Shown here: in pieces, positions 38,003 through 50,007 of the stretch
How the letters are laid out: every line of letters starts with the position of its first letter
How positions within the stretch are numbered: position 1 is the stretch's first letter
DNA from: Eledone cirrhosa
Lineage: Eukaryota
DNA: 64,000 bases
Direction: 5' to 3'
Assembly (NCBI GenBank): GCA_964016885.1
Contig: OZ024743.1
Location: 223,386,001-223,450,000 of the forward strand
Notes under the pieces: model-generated
Database searches by the model: none
Seen by the model: the letters and a program-made list of their open reading frames with translations, nothing else
What the model was told of the DNA's origin: nothing
Position numbers and translations under genes: made by a program

Positions 38003-40832
38003 TATCATCATCATCATCATCATCATCATCCTCGTTTAACGTCCACTTTCCACGCTAGCATGGGTTAGACAGGAGTTGTCCCACTTGAGGCAAGGTTGGT
38101 TGGGTGACCGTGTCTCGCTCATATAGGACTATCTGGCAGGTTTTCTACGGCTGGATGCTCTTCCTAACACCAACCACATTTACAGTGTGGAACTGGGTTC
38201 TTTTTACCGTGCTACCTACACAACCACATTACAGCGTGGACTGTGTGTTTTTTTCTCGTGACACCCACACGATCTCAATCTCATTTATTTGGACTGGATG
38301 TTGTGGTACCAACTTTATAGAGAGGGGTTGGTGGGAGTGGGAGGATAGGGTAGGGGTAGTGGATTGGGGTGTATATTTGGTTAAGAGGTGCCTACTGGCT
38401 GTAGGTTTCGCTTTGTACATAGGCAAGGCGGGTCTTCTGTATTACTGCGTAGCGCCAAAGATCTCAGTCCAGTGACATTGTCTTAGAGAGGTGCAAGTGT
38501 GTAAGGTTGGAATTTATCAGATCGTCCCAGGTTTTTCTGGGTCTACCTACTCCGTAACTACCATCAATTTTGATCGCCCTGCACTTTTTTTACAGCTGTC
38601 GTCTTTCATGCGCATCACATGGCCATACCAACGTAGTCTTCTCTCAAGTAAACAGCATCTGATCCCTCTTATTCCTAATTTCTCACTTAGTTCATTTATG
38701 CTTTGCCGTTCACGTATGTTACTATTACACATCCAACGGAGCATGCATGCTTCGTTCCTTTCCAGTCTACGCAGGTCCTCTGCACGTAATGCCCATGTCT
38801 CACTGCCATGTAACATTGCTGTTCGTATACAAGCATCATACAATCTGCCTTTCATTTTTAGAGAGAAACCTTTTGTGGCCAACAGCGGTATAAGCTCTCT
38901 GAACTTTTTCCATCCCGTTCTGACTTTGGCTACTGTACTTTCAGAACACCCTCCACCACTGCTGATTTCGTCACCCAGGTAACGGAAAGTGTCTACTATT
39001 TCTATAGAACCATCTGGGCAATAGAAGGGGCTAGTATCCTGTGGACAATTGCTATCTATTGCACCTGAGCATCGGCCACATATAAAGTCTACGTTCATAG
39101 ATAGTTTACCTGTGATCCCACTACATCTTTTATGTACCCATACTTTGCATTTGGGACATAAAATTGAATTTCTGCCTACTCCTTTCCTACACACTGAGCA
39201 AGGCCATTTCCCCGAGGGTACCTGTGCCTTATTTTCCTTTCTACAAACTAGGACTTTAGTCTTAGACAAGTTAACTTTAAGGCCTTTTGATTCTAGGCCA
39301 TGCTTCCATGTTTGGAATTTCTTTTCTAGTTCAGCCATAGATTCAGCTCTGAGCGTTAGATCATCTGCGTTCCCATGGGTAGCTTGTCTTGAACTCCTCT
39401 GTTATAGCCTGAAGGGCAATAATAAATAGGAGGGGGCTAAGGACAAAGCCTTGGTGAACACCAACCTTTACACTAAATTCTTCACAATATTCATTGTTAA
39501 TTCTAACCTTACTGACTGTTTCATTATACATAGCTTGTATAGCCCTCACAAGCCATTCATCTACACTTAGTTTTCTAAGAGCCCACCAGATAATGTAGTG
39601 GGGGACTCTGTCAAAGGCTTTTTCCAGGTCTACAAAAGCTAAGTAGAGGGGTTTACTTTTAGCTAGGTACTTCTCTTGTAGTTGTTGTACAAGGAAAGGA
39701 GCGCCTGTGGTACTTTTACCTGACACAAACCCAAACTGCATTTCATCTAGATCAATTCGCTCTCTGATTAGTTGGGCTATAACTCTTTCTGTGACCTTCA
39801 TGACCTGGTCAATTAACTTAATGCCTCTATAGTTTCCTCTATCTAGAGCATCTCCTTTACCCTTGTAGCAGTTAATGATGATGCTGCTATGCCAGTCTTT
39901 TGGTATGACCCCATTCTGTATTACTTGGTCCGAAGACCCAGCTGCTTTGCCTGTCGTCATATCTTTGATTGCCTTACTTATTATACTACCTTTAACTTGC
40001 ACCGCTGGTCCTTCTATTGGATCGATTTGGGGCAGACTATCTTTTTCCCACTTATTCTCCTCATTTAATAGTCTCTCGTAGTGACACTTCCAGGCTATCT
40101 TCTTATCAGCATCAGTGAATGCAAGTACACCGTTATCATTACGTACACACTTCTCTCCGACAATATCACGGTTTTCCTTGACACATTGTCTAGCAATCTT
40201 GAACACCTGACGTTGTAGAACATGCTTGAACTTTTTGCAAGGTACACTTGTCTCCTAGCTTTTCTCCTGGCTACTTGAAGAATATGGAAGTTCAAGGACC
40301 CCATAGCCAGTGATAAATTTAAAAGCTTATTACTTAATGCCTTTGACAATAAGGAAGAGCAAAATCTCTACTTCCCCCATCCTGCCAAACTTTCCAAGCC
40401 TGCTTTTTGGCCTTGATTGTCTCTTCTACCTTACTGTTCCACCACCAAGTTACTCTCCTCCTGCCAATAGGTCTGCTCCAGCCACAGATTTCATCCGTTG
40501 CTTTCAGCAGGTTCACTTTCAAGAATTGCCACTGTTCCTCTATGTCACACCTCCCTAATTGCTCTTCCTTATTGTCAAAGGCATCAAGTAATAAGCTTTT
40601 AAATTTGTCACTGGCTATGGGGTCCTTGAACTTCCATATTCTTCTCCTCAAGGTAGGCCTCCTCTGTCGTTGAGTATGTCTATTTCTGACTGTGAGGTCA
40701 CTCACTACTAGGCTATGTTGGGAGGTGCATTCTTCACGGGGGAGGGATTTAGTGTTTACAACAGACACTTTGTCCCGTCTTCTAGTAAGGATATAATCTA
40801 TCTGGCTGGCGTGTTCCCCTGATCTATAGGTG

Positions 40833-40838
<6 letters not shown>
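38003..40838 (-). mobile_element. 5'-truncated, frameshifted RTE LINE (EN end, RT, PHD-like Cys finger, 3' extension, (GAT)n tail)
   Basis: NYRGIKL, QFGF, AFVDLEKAFDRV, GVHQG..LSPLLF; CSVC..CPKC..WVHKRC..CGRC finger; LRWYGHVMR; tail at 38003-38030. Confidence 0.93.
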
Positions 40839-40879
<41 letters not shown>

Positions 40880-40920
40880 TTCAAAATATTAACAAAATAG
40901 ATATTCTTGTGATCAATTAT

Positions 40921-40985
40921 ATTTTATTATACATATTTCAGAGGTACTGAGTTAAGTTCAACAGTACGTCCTCATCAGATAAAAT
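40921..40985 (-). ncRNA. Type I hammerhead ribozyme motif
   Basis: auuuuau-CUGAUGA-ggacguacug..caguaccucu-GAAA-uaugu-AUA-auaaaau; 7-bp stem I, 9/10-bp stem II. Confidence 0.7.
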
Positions 40986-41245
40986 AAGATGATGCATGAC
41001 ATACCCTAACATAGTAGCTGGTTAAGATTCAGTCATGGTTTAAATATATATATATATATTTAAACAATATATATATATATCAATAATATATCAATAATAT
41101 ACTAAGAGTGGGAAATGAAATTTCGTTTCATTTTTTCCGTTTATCGTTTTCGGTGCACCCGGCCGATTAACCCACTCGATATGCAAATTGGGCTACTCAG
41201 CCGTTAATATGCATAAGGTAAGTATATACGTTCAACAATCTGGCA

Positions 41246-41300
41246 GGAAGGTATACGTTGCTGACGATAGCTAATAAGCTTGAAACTAGTACAGCGTTCC
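41246..41300 (+). ncRNA. Minimal type I hammerhead ribozyme motif, unit 1
   Basis: acguug-CUGACGA-uagcu aaua agcuu-GAAA-cua-GUA-cagcgu; palindromic stem III ACUAGU; predicted cut after 41291. Confidence 0.72.
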
Positions 41301-41669
41301 TTTGTCGGTGTTGAACAAACGAGCAACGATGGTTGCTAGACACTACGGCTTAATACGGGATGTTTGTTTACAAACACACCGAGCATTATAATAAATGTTC
41401 GGTGAATCCATACGTACATATATATATGTGTGCATGCATGTATGTATATATATATACATACTACTGTACGTCTGTATACATATATGTATGTACATGTAAA
41501 TACTTATATTTAAGTAACAGCCGTACTAAGAGTGGGAAATGAAATTTCGTTTCATTTTTTCCGTTTATCGTTTTCAGTGCACCCGGCCGATTAACCCACT
41601 CGATATGCAAATTAAGCTACTCAGCCGTTAATATGCATAAGGTAAGTATATACGTTCAACAATCTGGCA

Positions 41670-41724
41670 GGAAGGTATACGTTGCTGATGATAGCTAATA
41701 AACTTGAAACTAGTACAGCGTTCC
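41670..41724 (+). ncRNA. Minimal type I hammerhead ribozyme motif, unit 2
   Basis: Same as unit 1 with CUGAUGA core and one extra stem II mismatch; predicted cut after 41715. Confidence 0.62.
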
Positions 41725-41974
41725 TTTGTCAGTGTTGAACAAACGAGCAACGATGGTTGCTAGACACTACGGCTTAATACGGGATGTTTGTTTACAAACA
41801 CACCGAGCATTATAATAAATGTTCGGTGAATCCATACGTACATATATATATGTGTGCATGTATGTATATATATATACATACTACTGTACGTCTGTATACA
41901 TATATGTATGTACGTGTACATACTTATATTCAATAATATTAATAAATAGAAACTATCTTTATAAAACCATATTT

Positions 41975-42033
41975 ATTCTATTATATATATTTCAAGGGTA
42001 CCAGTATTTTGGTACGCTATCGTCAGATAAAAT
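41975..42033 (-). ncRNA. Type I hammerhead ribozyme motif
   Basis: auuuuau-CUGACGA-uagcguacca..ugguacccuu-GAAA-uauau-AUA-auagaau; related to 40921-40985. Confidence 0.68.
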
Positions 42034-42598
42034 ACAATAATTGGTTTACAGGTAAGATAAAGTTATGAGTTCTATGTAAAGATGTCATTATTTGTGTGGT
42101 TGTGGGCGGTGGATTGGCAGTATCGGTAGAGGGTCGGACGCCATGCTTTCCAGCATAGTTACGTCCCTTTACGATCTGAGTTCAAATCCCGCCGAGGTTG
42201 ACTTTGCCTTTCATCCTTACGGGGTCGATAAGATAAAGTACCAGTAATGCACTGGGTAATTGCTGGCCTTGTGCCTAAAGTAGAAACAATTATTTGTGTG
42301 GATGTAAGTGTGAGAGTTTGGGGAAGAACGAGTTTCCATGTTCGGGTAATAGGGAAACCAATGTGTACAAAGGGTGTGTAAGTCAGTGTGTGTGTGTTTT
42401 TGTGTGGTGTGGATATATGGTTGCGTGTGTGCGAAAATAGTGTTTGTGTGTGTGTGAAAAGATAACACACGAGAGAGAGAGAGAGTTTGTTTATCAATGT
42501 ACAGGGAAAACCACCATCTATAAACTACGAAAGATGAGGTAGACGCATAATAATTAAAAATATAAATCAGAATGAATTTACCCACCTTTATAACTATA

Positions 42599-43321
42599 CT
42601 AGCAGTGGTACCCAGCTTTGCACGGGATAAGGTATTTTGGAAGGCGGGCTGCCAACAGACCTAATCGTGGAAAAACTGCATGCCTGGACAATATGTAAAT
42701 AAAATAAACCGAATACTATGATGGCTGGATAATCTTTAAGATTTTCCTCGAAGCAGGAATAATACAAGTTTTCATCTAATCTCCTAGGGGATCAAGAAAA
42801 TGAATTTATTTTATGTGCATAGGAAATCGGCTAGACGTAACGCCTTCAAAACCCCCTAAAAAACGCAGTTTTTCACCTAATGCGGGCCCTAGGAGATCAA
42901 AAAGTTGAATGTTTTAATGTGCATAACACTCCCTGAAACATAAGTAATACACATGTAAAGTTTGAAAAAAATCGGTTGGGGACTTCGAGTTTTAGGGATT
43001 CAAACTCACAGACACACACACACAGACAGACATCCTCGGGGAAGTGACGTAATGCAGACAGCCAGACATACAGACATATTATAAGGGCACGACGTTATAT
43101 GTATGTATCTATCTAAAAAGAGAAAGACTAAGAATTATAGAGAGAGATCGCTAAATCGCCTACTTGAAAATTTGAAATTTATTTTGCTCAGAACACTCCT
43201 TGAAACATAAGTATTACATGTGTAAAGTTTGAAAACAGTCGGTTGGGTGGTTCTCGAGTTTTAGGGATTCAAACTCACACACACACACAGAGACAGACAT
43301 CCTCAGTTTTATATATATAGA
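42599..43321 (-). mobile_element. Non-autonomous Helitron-like element
   Basis: Minus strand starts TCtatatatataaaa with (TG)n, ends with a GC hairpin (cccgtgcaaagctggg) and CTAG followed by T; internal direct repeat 42925-43037 / 43192-43305. Confidence 0.72.
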
Positions 43322-43357
43322 CTAGCAGAAAACCACCCGGGGGCAGTTTTCTGCTTG

Positions 43358-43640
43358 TCTATATATCTAAAACAGAGAATGTCTGTCTGTCTGTCAGCTC
43401 ACTAAAACTTGAGAACCATCAAACCGATTGTTTTCAAACTTTAGACATGTAATACTTATGGTCCTGTGAGTGTTTTGAGCAAAAATTATTTCAAATTTTC
43501 AATGCCCTAGGGACCGCATTAGGCGATTTAGCGTTCTCTCTATATAATTCTTAGTCTTTCTTTTTAGATAGATACATAGATATAACGTTGCGCCCTTATA
43601 ATATCTGTCTGTATGTCTGGCTGTCTGCATTACGTCATTA
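43358..43640 (+). mobile_element. Helitron-like 5' part, inverted copy of 43045-43321
   Basis: Starts TCtatatatctaaaa..(tctg)n; reverse complement of the adjacent unit. Confidence 0.68.
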
Positions 43641-44159
43641 TGACGCGCTCAGTGTGTGTGTGTGTATATATATATGTATCGTAATGCAGACAGCAAGACA
43701 TAGCTTTCCTTCCCCTCTTCCAGCGTCTCTCTCTCTCCCTCCCGCTATCCCCCTCTTGTAGTCTGTCTCTTTCTTTCGCTCTCCCTCTACGCGTCGGACA
43801 GACATACAGAGAAATTGCTGGTTATATATTATAAGGAGATATTACACACGTACAAACCCAAAGAGATTTGTTTCGCCAAAAGATTAGTGAATGGATTCCT
43901 TTTCCTTTGAGCACATAATTTACAGGGAGTAACGCGAGTCTATGACTCTGTTAATATATATATATATATATAGTAATAATTGTTTCTATATTTGGCACAA
44001 GGCCAGCAATTATCCCAGTGTATTACTGGTGCTTTATTTTATCGACCTCGTAAGGATGAAAGGCAAAGTTAACCTCGGTGGGATAATAATAAATGTGAAG
44101 ACTAAAATCTAAAGAGGGCTCGATAAGGATAAAGATGTTACAAGATATTTTATTCATAG

Positions 44160-44600
44160 TTGTATAAATAACATTACAAATCGTTTGCAATTATTTCAGA
44201 ATGAAAATATAAACAGAGCATATAAATAAATTTACAGTAGAATAACATAACAAATATGTTTTAAATATATAAATAAATAACATTACAAATGCTTCAATAA
44301 CATTATAAATAGCTCGCGATTCATTCAGAAAGATATATTCTTTTAATGTAATATTGTAACATTAAAAGAATATATATTTCTGAATGAATCGCGATCTATT
44401 TATAATGTTATCGAAGCATTTGTAATGTTATTTATCTCAAGAATTTCATCTAATAAAAATATTTTCGACGAAAAAGCGCAGTATTACAATGAAGCGTTAG
44501 CTAGAGCAGGATATAGTGATAAAATTATGTACATCGATAATAATAGGCAAACTAACCAATATAACAACAATTTTAATTACGGTAACAACTTTAACAACTA
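44160..44600. mobile_element. Penelope-like fragment with palindromic end
   Basis: Inverted arms 44273-44349 / 44359-44435 followed by SRISSNKNIFDEKAQYYNEALARAGYSDKIMY (+), typical of the PLE post-RT region. Confidence 0.6.
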
Positions 44601-45594
44601 AAAATATCTCCAATCTTTTGTGAAGTGAAACCGTTCGGTAAAAGCAATTGGAATAGGTAAATATTTTTTAATTTATTTAAAAAAATTGTTTGAATCCTGC
44701 TTGCTCCGCTTATCTCAATATTATAGTTCTGGTATGTCAAATTAATACCATAGAACAACCCTTGTATCATAGACACCCTATATATTTCCAGGGGCAATAT
44801 ACTATACATATATTCATGTATACATCGCTATTTCAGAGCACCAATCCGAATATATATATATAATATATATACACGCAATATTATAAAATTAAATTGTTTA
44901 GAACATCAACTACAAGTGAAGTCATTATTTCCTTTTTTTTAAATATACATAAACACACACGTATATACACATACAAAGAGAAATACGTACAAAAAGAACC
45001 GTTTTCGGGAAAAGGGGTCGTTTGCGACAGCAAAATTAAATAGTGAAACGGAAAGAACTATTCATAAAACTGACTCCAACAATAACAATGAAATCATGTT
45101 ACAATACCTTCATTTTTTTATTCATTTCAGTCATTCTTGGCACTTGAAGGTATTTAGTCGATCATATTGAACTCAGTACTTATTTTTCAAGCTTGGTATT
45201 TATATTATTAACCTGTGAGTGTTATTTTTATTTAGTTGAATCGCCAACTTACATTAACAGTAAACAAACACTGCTTCTGAAGTGGTTTGACAGAATGTAA
45301 ACATTACAATAAAAAATAGATGCAGCGAAACGTTTTGTTTTTCTATTGGTTGTATTTAATCACGTGATTTAATTGATCAAGTAACAGAAGCACATGACAT
45401 ATACTTCGGTTCTCGAAGTATCTTTCCACGCCCTAACCTCCTCGTTTAAATTTCGCTAATCTGTCTTCGGCGAAATTTTATTTTAAGTAGTAGAATTCCC
45501 CCGTTAATTAATTTTCTGTAGACATTAAACAACATCATACATCACATAAAAAGTACATTACTAGAAATCTCATACGCTATAAAATAAAAAGGAT

Positions 45595-46210
45595 TCAGTT
45601 GCCTTGCCTGTCTTCATATCTTTGATTGCTTTATTTACTATACTACTACTAACTAGCACAGCCGGTCCCTCTGTTAGGTCATCTTGGGGAAAACTATCTA
45701 CACCCAATTTACTCTCCTCATTTAGTAGTCTTTCATAGTGGTACTTCCATGCTGCTTTCTTTTCAACATCAGTGAGGTCAAGTACACCATTATCATCATG
45801 GACACACTTCTCCCCAACAATATCACAATTTTCCTTGACACATTGTCTTGCAATCCTGAACACCTCATGTCTATGGTCCTTGCATTTCATAACATGCTTA
45901 AACTTTTTATCTTCTGCTTCCCTTCTTGCAAGGTACAATTGTCATCTAGCTTCTCTCCTAGCCACCTGGTAGTGTTCTCTACTTCCTCCCTCCCACCATT
46001 CTTTCCATGCCTGCCTTTTGGCCTTAATTGTTTTCTCCACCCTACTGTTCCACCACCAAGTAACTCTCTTTCTCCCTAGAGAACTGCTTCAGCCACAGAT
46101 TTCAGTAGGCTATCTTTCAGGAATTCCCACTGCTTCTCTATACTGTATGTCTCTATTTGCTCTTCTTTACTATAGAAATCATTGAGTAACATGTCTCTAA
46201 ATTTGTTTTC
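45595..46210 (-). mobile_element. RTE LINE linker fragment
   Basis: YLARREAEDKKF..VFRIARQCVKENCDIVGEKC..WKYHYERLLNEE; homologous to 36963-37520. Confidence 0.88.
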
Positions 46211-46364
46211 ATTCATACATATATATATACATACACATATATATATGTAAAAGGTAAACAGAAATAACAACACAATCGGTACAGTATATGGAAGGAATAT
46301 ATTAGTTTATATCATCAACATCATTTTATGTCTGCTTTTCTCTGCTTATATATATTTATATATA

Positions 46365-47671
46365 CAGGGTGTGGACGATATTTGTTTACAATTTTCAATT
46401 GCTAATTTTATGCAAATTTTTTTTACTTCCGTTGTCACTCTTGTCTTCATAAAAACAGTGACTATATTTCCATTATTTATTTTCAGAATAATTGATTATG
46501 AATAATTTTGAACCTCCAAATTTGTGGAAGAGACACAGAGTTCTTCTTGGAATCTGCACCGGGAGGACAAATAAGAAAATTTCAGACTTTCTCAGCGTCG
46601 GCAGGAGAATGGTGGAAAAGGTCAGAAAGGAATTGGAAGATTCAGGATTCGACTACGAAGCAACATCAGAGAGGAAAACACATGATCGACGATCTGACGC
46701 CTTCAGAACGTCCAAGTTTGTCGCTGAAGTTCAGGATATCTTCAGCAATGAACCTAGCAAGTCGATGCATACTATTGCAAGGGAGAAAGGCGTGGATGAA
46801 AAGCTCATTAGGCTGGTGGTACATAAAGACATTCGCTACGTTTCATACAAGATGAGGAAAGGACAATTTCTGTCAAAGGCGATGCAAGAAAAGCGACTGA
46901 AGCACGCAAAGAAGCTGATCAACAAGTTGAAACACCCACTGGAGCCAGATATGCTGTGGTTTTTCTCCGACGAGAAAAACTTCTGCCAAGACCAGAAGAT
47001 CAACTCCCAGAACAACAGGTGGCTCGCTGTCTCATCCAAAGACGTGCCCAGAGTCATGCAGATGAAGTTTCCAGCAACAACATTGGTCTTAGATGTCGTC
47101 AGTAGTCAAGGTGACGTCATGCCACGTCACTTCTTCCCTGAGGGCCTCAAGCTGAACACCGATGGCTACATCCGCATTCTGAGTGAGGTAGTAAAACCCT
47201 GGATCGACCAGGTAGCTGCAGGTAGGCCGTACGTGTGGCAGCAAGACTCAGCGCCCTTCCATACCAGCCGAAAGACCCAAGCCTGGCTGTCAGAGAACTT
47301 CGTCAACCACACTTCACCTGACATCTGGCCTCCCAGCTCGCCTGACTGCAACCCCCTCGACTTCTTTGTGTGGGGTGCAGTGGAATGAGACACCAACAGA
47401 TCTAGCTGCAATACGAAAGATGATCTGAAGGCCAGGATCACAAGTGCCTTTAGGGGCCTAAGTCGGGGGACAGTGACGAAGGCCTGTAGCCGGTTCCGAG
47501 GCCGCCTTGAGGCTGTCATCAAAGCCAATGGTGGGTTTATCGAGTGAGATCGAAAGAACAAGTTATGAAGACAAACTGACCCAAGTTTGATAAATATATC
47601 TTAAAAAATAAAACTACTGTGTTATTTTTTCCTAGACAGTAATCTTGCGAACAAATATCGTCCGCACCCTG
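46365..47671 (+). mobile_element. Full-length Tc1/mariner DD37D (maT) transposon, 1307 bp
   Basis: TIRs cagggtgtggacgatatttgtttacaa / cagggtgcggacgatatttgttcgcaa (24/27) flanked by TA. Confidence 0.93.
46498..47547 (+). pseudogene. DD37D transposase with one premature stop (TGA 47386-47388)
   Basis: WFFSDEK, WQQDSAP, SPDCNPLD with 37 residues between D2 and D3; frame continues past the TGA to ...KANGGFIE* at 47547. Confidence 0.9.
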
Positions 47672-47716
47672 TATATATATTTGTATACATACATATATAT
47701 ATATATTTGTATACAT

Positions 47717-47755
<39 letters not shown>

Positions 47756-48136
47756 TAGTAAGGAAGATATAGTTATATAAGTGGTGGTAAATGTATGTTT
47801 ATTATCTATAGTTATTATTGAGTATAGGATCTGAGATAAATCGGAGATAAATGAAGGAATGTCTATATGCCTATGTCCTCCTTTGCGAGTAACCTTCTTT
47901 TATACTCTTTATTATACCCATCGCTACAGACCGCAACATCTTCACTCTCTTTGAATATGACACTATTGATAGCAACAATAATATCAACTTATCTTTATGA
48001 CTGTTCTGTAAAAATAGGAATTTAATTATATGTTTAAACTTTGCCAATGCTCCGATGATTCCAAACGGCTGTTTGGAAGAAACGATTGTCAGCAATAAAA
48101 TGTATTAAACATAGATTTGATTGTTCTGTACTTTAT

Positions 48137-48995
48137 ATCATCATCATCATCATCATCATCCTTTTACGTCCGCTTTTCCCTACTTGCAAGGGTGGGACGG
48201 ATCTTATTCAGCACAGCATCTCTCCACTTGTCACGGTCCCTCGTCATCTCCACCGTGAGCTTCAATGATCTGAGGTCTGTTCTCACCACCTCCGCCCATG
48301 TTTTTTGTGGTCTACCTCTACCACGTCTTCCTTCAACTGGCAATTCCTGGCACTTCTTCACCCATCGGTCATCCTCCATGCGCATCACATGTTCATACCA
48401 CCTCAGTCTCCTCTCCCGTACACTACATTCTATCCCTCTCAGACACAGTTTCTCTCTCAACACATTTATGCTGGGTCGTTCACGCACATTTACACTGCAC
48501 ATCCAACGGAGCATGCTTGCCTCATTTCTCTCCAGCCGTCGCATATCCTCTGCAGTTGCTGCCCATGTCTCACTATCATGCAGCATCGCGCTCCTCACAC
48601 AGGCATCATACAACTGGCCTTTCGTACGCAGGGAGAAACCCTTCTTCGTCAACAGAGGAAGCAACACCCTAAACTTCTTCCAACCCGTCCTTATTCTAGA
48701 TACTATGGCCTCGGAACACCCTCCTCCCATGCTAATCTGATCTCCTAGGTACCGGAAGCTATCCACCACTTCTATGCTCTCCTGCATTTGAAAAATGTGT
48801 CTATCACTGCGACTTCTACTGTCTAATTTCTCTGTACATCTACTGCATACATATTTCTCCCTACCTGTTAGTTTGCCTGCTATCCCGCTACATCTCTTGT
48901 GTACCCAGGATCTGCATTGTGTGCATTTTATAGAATTTATGCCAGTTCCTTTTCTGCATATCGAACATGGACATTTCCCTGACAGAATCAGGGTT
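48137..48995 (-). mobile_element. RTE LINE 3' end (Cys finger + C-terminus + (GAT)n tail)
   Basis: CSIC..CTQC..WVHKRC; FRYLGDQI; LRWYEHVMR; RGRGRPQKTW; ORF runs directly into the tail. Confidence 0.92.
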
Positions 48996-48996
48996 T

Positions 48997-49044
<48 letters not shown>

Positions 49045-49099
49045 AAAAAAAGGAAAAGAATGACTTCACTTGTAGTGTTAAAAAGTTTTTAATTTAATT

Positions 49100-49857
49100 T
49101 TATAATATTATGAGTTGGTAGAGCCACTAAGTTCTTTGTTAACTTCGGTGGGAAGAATTTTAAAGATTTCTGGTTAACTTGGGTTGGAGAACTTTCTCGC
49201 ATTCGTCTGTCTGTGGTGATTGTCAAACTGAGATCAGGTTGTGTTGAAATGTGTGACTATATATGAGAGATTTGGTTGTGTCTGGGGTGTGGTGTTAATG
49301 AGAGTTGATGATGATGAAGGTCCGGAGGAATTAAAGCATACATACATACACACACATATATATACACTCAGAAAATAGTGAGGTTGCAAGATAAGGGTGT
49401 TTGAGAAGGTGGTCATAAACATACTCTCCTGCTGGTTTTATTTCATTAGCTGACCTTTGATGAGTCTATAATGACATAGCTGAATCACCTCTTCCAAATC
49501 CATAAAGAATATCTTCTACAAATTTCTATATCAAAAATGAATTTAGGTGCTTGTCTGGGTTTTAATGAAGTGTAAGATACATGTCTTTTGATAAGAATAG
49601 GATGACAGGAAAAAGAGAAAAGAGGGATAGTTTGGGAACATTTGTCAAAGATGTGTTGTTGATATTGGTTTGGGAGAGGAAGTGTGGGGGGACATGGTGG
49701 CTCACATATTCACTTCCCTATATGTAAATATATCTAGTCCATATATATTACATACAAATACATACACATACACACACATATCAACACATACACACACACC
49801 CACACACATATATATATATATTTATATACATACATACATACACATACATATACACAT

Positions 49858-49888
<31 letters not shown>

Positions 49889-49961
49889 TTTATACACATA
49901 TATACACATACAATATATATATATATATACTATATATATACACATATATATATATATATAC

Positions 49962-50007
<46 letters not shown>

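Larger units (their letters stand above)
41101..41930 (+). repeat. 424-bp tandem duplication, one hammerhead per unit (retrozyme/pLTR-like)
   Basis: actaagagtgggaaatg at 41101 and 41525; the two units are highly similar. Confidence 0.93.

Noticed and set aside
48117-48748. Plus-strand ORFs of 120-207 aa (also 38491-38982, and 47166-47561 on minus)
   Set aside because: Antisense shadows of RTE or transposase coding sequence.
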